Assembly (NCBI GenBank): GCA_963924565.1
Contig: OZ004608.1
Location: 6,882,001-6,946,000 of the forward strand
From: Ascidiella aspersa
Taxonomy: Eukaryota
DNA length: 64,000 bases
Direction: 5' to 3'
The position numbers were made by a program, and so were the translations under genes. The notes below the pieces were generated by a model. That model was given only the letters and a program-made list of their open reading frames with translations. It did no database searches and was not told the origin of the DNA. Positions 52,823 through 64,000 of the stretch are shown here, piece by piece (the first letter of the stretch is position 1; the number at the start of each line of letters is the position of its first letter).

Positions 52823-55800
52823 GTTCGATTTCGCTTTTCACGAAACCGCAAACCTACTTCTAAACACACTTAGATTAACTTTTAGCCTAGTGTTGCACAA
52901 TTTTACAATTTTTTTGAGTTATTTTGATTTCAATGATTTTATTTATCTATATTTTTAACACTGAACATATTAGCCGTCTAACCGATTAATGAGTTCTGTT
53001 TAAGAACTAGAAGTTAGATGTTCTTTTGAATGGTTGCTATAATCTAAGTAAGTTATAAGTTGATGTATTCAAGAAAAACAAAATAAATAAAATGCGGGAC
53101 ACATGGTTTGCTGGTCGTTTATTACTGTATATTATTACAAACCTAAAAATATTTACGAAAATAATACATAAAGTAGTGTAATACAGCTAAGTATTCACCA
53201 GCCAAAGTATCTGATATTAATGCATGCATTTCTAAAGACAAAGTGCTCGTAGTACTTTTAGGCAGCAATGAACCCTTTGCCTTATTAGGTACTAGTTCAA
53301 AGTGTTCCTATATCAGAAAGGAAGAGCCATGGCGTGACTGTGTAGTGACGTTTACTCTACAGATACCGACAGATACACAAGACGCTCTGCTTTCCGGGTA
53401 TTTTTCATCACAGCACTTGTATCGACGAAATTACTATACATTATGACAACGAGTAGGCCTAATCATATTTTTTTACTCTGATCAACGCAAAAGTTTAATG
53501 GCATATGCGGCATATGCGTATATACGCAGCTCGCAGTTTAAAGCTTTTACTTAATTCATCCCAGCTTTTACTTAAAACAGAAACCGAGGTACAAAATATG
53601 AAACGTCTTTATAAATTTGGTGCACCACATTGAACAAACAACCATTTGCCAATATTTATTTTCTTTTAATAACGGTGAAATGTTAAGCACAACTCCGCTG
53701 TCTTTTATAGCATTTCATTTAGGGCAAAAAAATTTTTAACGCCATTGTTAAAAGTGTTTTTCATATAGGTAAAGGAGCACTATGGTCAATTCGATGTTAG
53801 TTAGTCCTTTCTGGGATAAAACTTTAATTGAGTCGTTAAACACAATTTTACGGCAGTACACACAGTCGACCTTAGCGTCCTTGGTTTTGCAAGAATTATC
53901 ATTGACTTGCTATGCTTCATAATAGTGGCTATAATGGTTTAAAATTTTGACCCACCTTCCTAGCACGTATTTCTGTGAAATATATTTCTCATATTATTCA
54001 ATATCTCCCATTAGTTGAATGAAGGAAGTTTGCAGATCAACCACTGAACAAAATCACCTGTTGACATTTACATTTTTGAGTGAAAAATGTTAGCCGCCAA
54101 TTGCGCTAACTTTATAAATAGCGTTCAGTTTTTCTGCTATATTTGCTCTACAACACTTCCCTAATGCTTTGAATGTTTCGCAAACCGCCTGTATGGCACA
54201 TCGAGTAAAATTTTGAATTTATAGCACTTTATTTCAGTGACTTTACCATCTTATCTGTTAATAAAATGAAACAACAAATTTTCTGTGTTTTTCAGTAAAA
54301 AAAGTGAGTTGGGCAGCTTCAGTTAAAGCCTATTGACTTTCCGTCATTTGGAAACTATCTCGTTCTTAAATATTGTTTAATAAAAGTAAAAAATGTTGCA
54401 AAATTATACTAACAAAAAATGAAGAACATTAAATGGCGTTCGAAAAAAGTATACCGGTCTCAAAGCGCTACACAATGTACATGTTACCAAGCAACGGAAG
54501 TTCTGCACAGGCAAAATCTTGCGTTCAAACTCATGTTTGACGCACTAAAAACAGGTAATGTCGCAGGATATTAGGTAATTAATTAACCTTTTTCCATACA
54601 CTTTTAACATGAATTTGTATTACGTTCAGGATGCCTATCCCATAAGCTTTATGCGGACCAACTACAAAATTGTATATATAATTACTCCTCTGTAATGCAA
54701 CGCAATTAAATTCCGTGGTAATAACAACAGCTTTGAAAACAAGCAAAATTATTAAAATTCATCTTAACCTTTATAGGTGCTATTTTCACTGGATACTATT
54801 TAGGCGTATATTGCAAACAACGAAAACTGCACAAAAATGCTTTTCAAATAAAACTGAAAGTTGATTTCCATGAATAACGACGTTTACCTTCAGTTGTTAA
54901 CAAGCAAGCTCTTTATATTTCGTGAATCCCAGTGTCATTACTTATCTTGCAATTTTTCTCGCAAAGTAATGGTTAGTTGAGGCTCTTTGCAAGGTGACAG
55001 CCAGACAAGAGATATTTGTTTTATTGTAAAACGCCTGAACGACATTCATTAAGTTATTGTATAACACCTAAACGATAGGCCTACTTATTAACACTTATCA
55101 ACGACATTTAAATATTGAATAGTTAAAATGAAAGTCTAAAACAGCTATAGTTTGAATGTTTATATTTTTAGGATTTTTTCAGTACCCCTTTAGGCAATAG
55201 ACATGCCAATTAGCCTGTCCTATATAATGTTTGAATTTTAGTTTAAATACGCCAAAAAAGATCCATTAAAGTGCTCATGCCGACACTAAGTTTGTACAGT
55301 TATATACAACCTTGGGAAATAATGTTTTGTACTTTTATAGAAATATTGCTCCTTAACAAGTTGTCTTAATATGGTTAAAAATTAAATTTCCAGCCAATAA
55401 TGGTAAACTTCTTAACAACAGACGTTGGTCTATTTCACTCAGTACTGCATAAAATCTCTACATTGTTCGTGCAATTATGTAAAATGAAGAGTACGAAGAA
55501 CTGATCGTAAAATGTTATCAATTGTTATCGCGTAAAATTGCGGTTTTCTTATGTGAAATAACCCAAAATAAAAATAGCTAAAGTTGTTGATTTGTTCGTA
55601 AATATTAACTTATGGTTCGTTTTACGAGGTTGGCACTTCATTGTTCTGCGTTTGAGGTCGAGTGTTAAACCGGCCAACTAGATAAAATACAAGCAGAAAC
55701 AGTTTAGGTTACGATGTCAATCGGAATGGTTTCATCTACTAATTTCGTCCTAAGCACATTACTCTGCAATATTACTTGCTGGAAAGTTTACCCCATAAGC

Positions 55801-57036
55801 TATATCAGGAAAATTATGGCTCATTTATTTATTATTTTATATTTAAATAAGTAACGCTTCACGATTTTGCGTTCCAGGGTTCATTTATTGATTTCTATAA
55901 CTTTCAAAAAGTACTCCACACGTATAACGAACTGAACACGAAAGGTTCCTCAAATGCATTACTCACAAGGCGTACTAGTTCGTTGTGTCTGATTCAATGT
56001 TAAGCCTGTTTCAAAAATATTAAGGCAGGCAACTTTCAAGTTGTGGAAATGACACATCGCACGGGTATAGCAATCACAGTAGCTTAACCAGTTTTAGGCG
56101 ATTTTCATGCAGCCATTCATTTATTAAGTAAATAGTCATAATCTTCGAAACGTAATTTCTTCGTGCTTCACTTGACTAAATTACCTGAAGGTATGGACGT
56201 TAAGTTATTGAATCATTCCTACACACATTGTGGGTATTCTGTGATTAGAACCTTATGAAGTCGACCTGACCAACGATAACGGCAAACATTACATAGTCCA
56301 CCAGATGCCTTCGGAATAGTCTATCAAGCACAGTAAGCCTTATCAGGATTATCGTGCCAGAAAAGCAAGAAAAGAAAAATCTAGCCTTGAGTAAGTTTCG
56401 AGCTTACGACCTCGGGCAAAACGGGGACTGTCGCGCGACCGAATTCGTTGATAGTACCCTAGAAATTGTTAGATCTGTCCTGGTAGCAGACGCTAGCGGT
56501 TTATCAATTAAATAAACAAATTATCAAGTATTGCTAATGAAGAAAGTCGTACAAATTCATTTGAAACTTAGCACGGAGGAAAAGGCGACCAAAAACCATA
56601 CTTTGCAGTAAGTTACGAATTTCAGCTTGTGCCTCGCATATATTGATTAAGTAAAAGGCGGTATTTCAAATGGCATGGATAGTATGAGTGTTGTTTAATA
56701 TAAGTTGTTAAATATTAAATTAAAATTTATTCTGTTTCATAACGAAGTTAATATTCAATTAATCATACTTTGTGATGAAGCAAAATGTTCCGTGAGCTTT
56801 GTGTTGCGGCTTGCTATAAAGGTTATAACCTATCTAGCATACACACTATATAAATTGAAAGAATACGCTTCGGTGTTACCAAGTGATTGTACTGCACTAG
56901 AACAATATATGACTGTGGGTGGATAGTTTGTCTGAAAGAATGACTGCATTACATCACTGCTGATGTAGTTAGTAGTCTGTACAGCTTTACCCACGGCATT
57001 CATTTGCGATTCTCAGTAACTTCTGGTTGGTTTAAG

Positions 57037-60000
57037 ATGGTCACACTAGTCAATGTGATGATTGCATTTACTACTGCGACAAGTTCATTTGCGATGTGGC
57101 ACCAATCGGACAACTTTGAATACAGCATTCAAAGCAATGTAAAGCGAACGTTTAAGGGAGCTGCTACGGCTTGCAGGGAAATGAATGCATCTCTGGTTAA
57201 AGTCAACTCGTCGATTATCCAAATGTTCTTAGCTCAGAAAATTAAAACAGGTACTTAAACAATTAAAGAGCGAATCAAACGTAACTCATATTTATCAATT
57301 AGACAAATCATTCCTAAAGCTTAGTACTATTCTGGGTCACTATCCATTTTAAGGAAGTTAGAATAATGTAGGCCTATTCGTTCGAACAAAATTGAGTCCC
57401 GAGTAAGACCAAAATAGAAATACACAATGTCGGAAAAACTTGTAAAGCGAAATTAAACAAGCCTTTCAGAAAACAACCTAAACGGACAAAGTACGATTTT
57501 AACAATCTCTACTCTAAACACACATAGGGTATTACTGAGTCTTTGGTTTAACTATTATGTAAGGTGTTATCTAAAATTTCGATTTAAATATTGAGCTTTA
57601 TTGTTTTTAGTGTGCGTTTCATTGTTCAGGTTCAAACACTTACTATATTGGATTAACGAGAGGAACGGATGACAAGTTCAAATGGTTGGACGGATCAAGT
57701 TTAGCTTATACGAAATGGGATTGGTTGGAGCCAAATGATTGGCTGTGGAATGAGGATTGTGCCGTGATGAAAGACAGTCCAGACTTTTTGTGGAAAGATA
57801 TATCATGCAGCCGAAAAGAAAACTACATTTGTCAGAGACCAATTGGTATGTATACTGTATAGGCTATCCTACGTTGATTTTGAATGTCCTACGTTATACC
57901 AACAAAAAATTATATACATGAAGCAAAATTAAATTACTAATTTCGTTTCTGAAAAAACATTGTTTCCCCTAAGTTATTGCCTGTTTGTTAGACGAAATTT
58001 TTTTAAAATATTACCGAATCATTCAAACCCGTTTGTGTATAACAAAACATGCTTGCGCAGAATACCTGAGATGTCTCGAAAAATGCATACATGATTGTGT
58101 ATATAAAATCGTAGAGACCTCAGAACGTTACGACATCCATAATATCAATAACTGTCGGGTTTTGACCCAAATCATTTCATATCCTAATAAATTTATATAA
58201 ACAACGTAAGGCAAGAAATATCTATAGTCTTACCCATGTTGGTTTGTTAGTTGTGAGCATGTTGAAGGTTCGACATTGAATATTATTTTTTGGAGTTTTG
58301 TGAATTTACGTTGTTTACAGAGCTACTTAGCCCCACAACAGCTTCGTCGACTCATCAAACAACTGTTGAAGGCTTCACTAATGCGGCAATAAACCCCACA
58401 ACTGCTAACAATAATGCACTAACCAAGAACCTTCCAAAAGGTAGCCATTAACTTTCCTTCCTCAAATGTAATGTACAGTAAAACGCTTGTTTGAGGCAGT
58501 AGTTTAGGTAATTTTAAAATTCTCTTGGTTAAAATCGTAGTATCCATAGATCAGTTTTGTGTTCGAAAACCATTAATCCTAAATTCATTTCTGATGGTAA
58601 TTTTAAATATGTTATAACATAGCTTCGGCATAATAAAATAGTCCGTTTGGGTGCTATGTCAATACAGAAAAGCTGTTTTTAGGAAGTCTTTAGGAAAGTG
58701 TTTAACGTAAAGCTGAGTTTATATATATTGCACACTGCTCGCTTTCGTTATATTTCTATAAATTATTTTATGTTGGAGCACAAATATTCTAAGACACTTT
58801 ACAGGGTTTTGCTTGACCCCTTAAAATAATTGTTGCATCATTCAGCTTATTGTCCTACGGCCAAATAGAGTTCATCAAAATAATTTGGTTCGTAAACAGT
58901 TTCACCCTCTTTGTAGAACAATCTCAATACGAGCCAACCTCCACGGATATGACGTCATTCGAAGGAAAAACAATAAGCAGCAGCTCGTCATCAGGTCACG
59001 TGTTATTCCTTACATTTTCGCAAAAGTTAATTTGCATCAAGTATAGCCTTACTTGCGATAACATTTTGATTTTGCAAAATGATAAGCCTTATTTGTAACG
59101 TTAAGGCTGTACTTGCAGACGGCCGCACTAAGACGTATGCAAAGGAATCTGGATCATCAACTGTTGTAATAATTGCATCGATCTCCGGAGTTGTGCTTCT
59201 TTGCCTTGCAGCACTTGCTGTAGCATTGTGCATAAAGTGGGTGTAACTGATTGAAGCATACGGTGGTTAAATGTCAAAATTGTGTAATTGTGCTTTGTTC
59301 CTTATTTTAGGAAGAGCCGAGCGGTCAAGCAACAACCAAGTATTAATCACAATGAAGGTTAGTGTTACATTACCCAGGTATATAGCCTATAGGAAAATTC
59401 TCGCATATCTCGCTTGCACGAAAATCAAATTGAATTAGCCGGAGAGTCAATAGTGTTGTCCGACACTTCTTATTTTATTCCGATACAAAAACCAAGTATT
59501 TCGGGAAAAAAAGTTTGAGCCGAACTGATCAAATTACAACGTAATTGCAACGTTAAGTTTTCAAAATGAAAAACAATGTTAAACACAAAATATAAATAAA
59601 CACCTAACAATTATTGTTAACATGCTTTTTCTAACAAATTTACGTTTTTTGGTGGAAAAAACTCACAGTAAACCAACGCTGTGTTTCACATTTGTACACG
59701 GTTATTTAGCACTGTTTTGTATCAGAATCGCGCGTGTTAACAATTTAATTACTTAATATTCATTTTAATTTCTAGGTAAAATATAAAGAATTACGGTTAA
59801 CTTAACGTCATTAACAGTAATAACTGAGCTATGTGCAGTAAAACGAGTTATTTGATTGTAAAGCACATGTTACTAGAAAAGGCACAAACGAGTAAGATTT
59901 CTATTAATACAATTTTTTAAACAACGTGGGGATGCGGCATTTTTCCGTAACAATTGAAAGCTATATTTTATTTCAAGAGGGAGAAAACAATAGTGAAGAC

Positions 60001-60213
60001 GAAAATGGCTACATTCGACTCAACCCTGTGCTACTATTACAAGAAGATGAAAACGGATACTTGCGATCTAACAAAGTGGTACCAGTCCAAGTATCGGTGG
60101 TTGGTGGACAGGAATACATGGAATTAAACGTCACTGGTTTACCCGAGGCTGGAGGTTCAGCTGTAATCTCAAACGCTTTTCAAGGGGCTCCAGTTTGCAA
60201 TAATATACTTTAG
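57037..60213 (+). CDS. Gene 8: EPN/WKD type I TM lectin receptor with a divergent hemITAM-like tail
   Basis: Exons 57037-57250, 57630-57845 (KWDWLEPNDWLWNEDC...WKD), 58321-58440, 58917-58994, 59119-59236 (TM), 59311-59357, 59978-60213 (EGENNSEDENGYIRLNPVLLLQEDENGYLRSNK...GQEYMELNVTGL...NNIL*). The last acceptor is a weaker AAG but is in phase. Confidence 0.83.
58486..58870. mobile_element. ~385-bp insertion in intron 3 of gene 8, probable DNA-transposon derivative
   Basis: Absent from genes 5-7 (gtaaaacg|acaattcatc); imperfect inverted ends cttgtttgaggcagtag / ctacggccaaatagag. Confidence 0.5.
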
Positions 60214-63200
60214 ATTTTTCCCAAGCAAACCATTATTGTACACTTAATGCTTAACAACTGGTTTGAAATTTCGACGTTATCCAAACTGTTCCTAAGAACC
60301 CTATAAAGATCGTTAATTACAGCATAAGTTATGTGCGATCTCATTTACGCCAGTTACATCTGTTAACAATTATCAATCATAATCTCTCTATTTGCGCTAA
60401 CAAAACGTCATTTAAAAACCCACAGAACTGTTAATTGAAATATTAAAAAAGTTGTTTGGAATTATTTTGGAATATATTTTGCTCTAAATTAACATCTTGC
60501 TTAAATACTGATATTTTGCTCATATTCCGTTTACATTTATTCCGTTGTTTTAGTTAAGGCTTGTAAATAAACTCTCCCAAAGACATTTCTGCACTTTGTG
60601 TCAGATATTTCAATACTATTATGCTTTTAAGGCCAGTAAATATTTAGGTGGGTAATCAATCAATATTTCAGGTCGAATAACCAAAGTTGTTTACTGAGCA
60701 AACTTTGGAAATATCGAAACTTCCTGCAATACTAATATCAAAACTTGGTCTACTTCACAAACGGTGAACCACTGAACCGCGGTTCACGATTTGATACATC
60801 AGCGACTTTTCTTACACTTGTTTCTCTAGAAATAACAAAATGTTTAATATTGCAGGAATGTATATAAATACATATAAAAAGGCATATTTTTATGAAATTG
60901 AAAACCATTGGCAAGTTTCTGCTTGCCAGTCACTGTTCCGCGGACGAGCATATTAACGACAAACTCAAAGTTTAAAAACCAGAGTAAAACCAAACCCGGA
61001 ACAGATATTTTCATAAGGGAATATATATTTCGTCTCTACTGGCATCGTCAGTTCCTTAATTCGAATAAATATGGTAGGAATGACTTAATGTTGCATTAAA
61101 TCTATGTTATAAGCCACTATATGTACTGTTTAAACCATGGCTTCCCGAACAGTGTGGTATGCAAAGTATGTTAGATGTCGGGTTTGCATTAACTAACTGT
61201 AAAACAAAGCATGTAGAAATAAATAAAAAACGCTTGCTTAGCTCTGTAAAACGTAACGTGTGGCGAACAGTTTTGGATTTTAAAACTGCGCGCAGACTGA
61301 TGACAATTTTAAGGAACCCCGCTTAAAATCATGCTGAAAAACGTCGTGATGAATCAATTTAATATTAAAGTTGCTATTTCTTTTTTTGTTCTTAAAATTC
61401 GTGCCAATAAAGACTTGAAAATCCAAAAATTTCCAAAAATTTAGATACCAACCAAAGACAATGAAACCTGTATGACGTGCAACAGCAAAAACACGGAATT
61501 AAAAGTTTGACCTATAGTCGTGCGTTTTAAAGGATTAAGGCCTCGTTTGTGACCAGCGCTTTAAAATGTCCCTTCATTTGCGGTATATATACTCTATTTT
61601 GTTTAGATAGGTGTTAATTTGACTCTTGTCGACTTTTTATTTTGCTTCGAGCGCAGCCAAAACTATTCAGATTTCCAATAGCCCAACAATGAATAGCGAC
61701 ATATAGAAATTAAATAAATCATAAACTGGTTAAACAAACTGAAAAGTTTCACAATACGCAGCGTTGATTATTCTTTTGCAAGTGAAGATCTATTTGGGGT
61801 GGCTGTGATTTTAAATAGTTTGACTAAGAAGTTAGAGACATGTGTATATTGTAATTTTATTTACTGTTATGTCGCGAAAGCATTTCCTACCGTGGATACG
61901 CAAAATTATCACTTATTGGCTTGTTTCTAATTGTCGGGTATTCGGCTAAAAAAAATGGTCGGGTATTCAGCTAATAATATGTTACAGTGCAAACGTTATA
62001 AAGGTCTTCTTTGTGGACCAATAAAATGGGACAAACTGCAAACTTTTCAGCACCAAAACCAATTCGAATAAAAACATGTCGATTCTCCTTTCATAACTTA
62101 CATTTTAATTTCCTTTTGCATCCTGAAAATGCAAACCCCTGCTACAATAAAACGTAAATTAACAGTCAACAACTCTCTACTCATGTCAAAGCATAAACGC
62201 AGAAAGGATTAAGTTTAAGAATAACTGCAGTTGACTTCTTCAATCTTTTTGGCATAAAGCAAATTGTTACCAAGCTTCGCGGCAAAGTAAAGCGCGTTTG
62301 CCGCGGAAACGACCTGGGTTGCCAAAGTCAGTATTTGGCTTGTTTGCACAGTCAAGCGAAGACACAGGAAGTATTTATTTTATGAAGAGTGCAGCGGAAC
62401 TAACTAAAAGTGTTTAAAAATAAATTGTTTGTTCGTATTGGAACTCTCATGTTGAGGCACGCTTATACATATTTTTGTGTGATTTATGCGATGTATTATA
62501 GTAAGAGCTATACGAAATAAATGTTACATTTTCTTTTTGGTGTTTCATCTTATGGGGCCTAAAAACAATGTTGAGACGAAAGACCATTTAAACTTTCGCT
62601 TGAGTTATTCCTTTGCGCAAAATCGTTTGCGATGTTGCCCGATAATCTATAGATTAATTATTTTCAATATACGAAAATTCAATCCTGCATTTTATTTATT
62701 TCTTTAACGCCTGGTATGCAAAAAAAATTTTATTTGATTTTGTAAATCCGGAATAACAGATGGATGTTTAACCTCTTCTGTTGTTTATTTTTATTAACGT
62801 CACCTTGCCATAAGGCTCACAAAACTAATTGATATAACTAACTTTCCACTGTTGCCAGAACGCCTTGGAAGTTGCCCAAATGAAAGGATTTTCCGAATTC
62901 ATCTACATAAACGCAAATTTCGCTAAATCAGAACTCTAAGTAAACAACTCAAGATAAAGTATGTACAGTATACCTATATCTAACAGACCCTGGTTAAATC
63001 CCATATTTCTTGGGACGCAGATATCAAAAACATCTAACGTGCCTAAATCAAAGGTTGCCTCTTATCCACTAGAATAGAAATTCCAACATGCGCCCTGCAC
63101 ACGCTGCTATGTGCATAGTTCGCTTTAAACAAGTATTATAAAGGATAAACGAGATGAAAAAAGCGGGATGTCGCCCAACGATTAAAGTTATCTGATTTGG

Positions 63201-64000
63201 TAAGAACGAAGCGTGTTAAAATGCGGAAATACGCTAAACTCTTTTTAACCACTGACTTTTAAATAAAAAGACAGCTTTATAAAGATTCAACCACATATAA
63301 CATCGATACTTATTAACACAGTTTAGCCGCATCATATATTTAATTTTAGGTGTTCAGGTAACAATATTTAAAAAGAAACATATCGTATTTAACTTTGGCG
63401 GGCTTCCTAAACTTTTGTTACATCATATCTTAAATATATTGAAATGTTCGCCTGTTTGTACGCTGTCCGTTCGCCAAAACAAACGTATTACCTTCTTGTA
63501 GCAAAGGCATTCTTTTCGGGGATAAATTATTCTCAATAGAGCTATAAAGTTTCGAAGGTAATTTTGTACGCCATGCGCTAGCACCGTAAAAACTTATACA
63601 TAAATAAAAAAATTAGTAATGTGTAATAGCCAAAAAAGCAGCGCACACCAGCGTCTATGGCTGAAATGCACACAAGGCGCTGATATGTTTGGTCGCAATC
63701 ACTTTTCTCGGTATTTTTAGAAATCGTTATGCGTCACATAAGTTAAAATAATTAAAGATGTGGCTCCATGCTGTGATTACACATCGACAAGTTACACCCA
63801 TATATCAATAAACCTCGGATACAGTACTGCAGGTTATCATAGGTTTACACGTAGGCGAAGGTGAGTAACATAATAGTGATTAATTTTACAGTGAGAAATT
63901 AAACTGCTCTTTAGTTTAGAAATCTCCATAACGCTGTATGCCATGTATTGGTTCATAAGAGCGACAATTGTTTTGGCGCTGGTTCCTTCGCTACTTGGCA

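Larger units (their letters stand above)
22440..59490 (+). repeat. Tandem segmental duplication array, ~8.8-9.3 kb period, spanning the 3' end of gene 4 to intron 6 of gene 8
   Basis: Start codons at 30043, 38934, 47708 and 57037. Terminal exon, 3'UTR, intergenic DNA and introns align between units. Confidence 0.93.

Noticed and set aside
1-60213. Assigning vertebrate gene symbols (MRC1, CLEC, CD302, LAYN, CHODL)
   Set aside because: Only generic CTLD motifs are shared; orthology cannot be established from the sequence alone.
60300-64000. Further exons or a ninth gene; ORFs 60908-61099 and 62486-62707
   Set aside because: No CTLD, TM or Tyr-motif exon with convincing splice sites; low-complexity AT-rich sequence.

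Overview
AT-rich animal genomic DNA with short GT-AG introns. The compact introns and repeat style suggest an invertebrate, possibly an ascidian, but this is inference only. The window holds a head-to-tail (+ strand) cluster of eight multi-exon genes for type I membrane receptors: signal peptide, one short-form C-type lectin domain (CTLD, two exons), Ser/Thr-rich stalk, TM helix and a tyrosine-motif-rich cytoplasmic tail. I reconstructed all exons by hand from splice sites and reading phase. Lectin heads are QPD/WYD type (genes 1, 4) or EPN type (genes 2, 3, 5-8; gene 8 has WKD instead of WND). Tails differ sharply. Genes 1 and 3-7 end in ITIM-like/Csk-type Y-[ST]-x-V-x-K motifs. Genes 4-7 carry a 17-aa NPLY coding VNTR (5/4/3/3 units). 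Gene 2 has a short YVNV tail and a His in its TM. Gene 8 has an ectodomain nearly identical to genes 5-7 but a tail with duplicated hemITAM-like EDENGYxR motifs and no inhibitory-type terminus. This looks like a paired activating/inhibitory lectin-receptor locus under birth-and-death evolution. It includes a nonsense copy (gene 3), a copy truncated just before the TM (gene 5), lectin relics, ~9-kb tandem segmental duplications with mosaic ancestry, and several nested hAT-type MITEs with 8-bp TSDs. No gene is evident in 60.3-64 kb.
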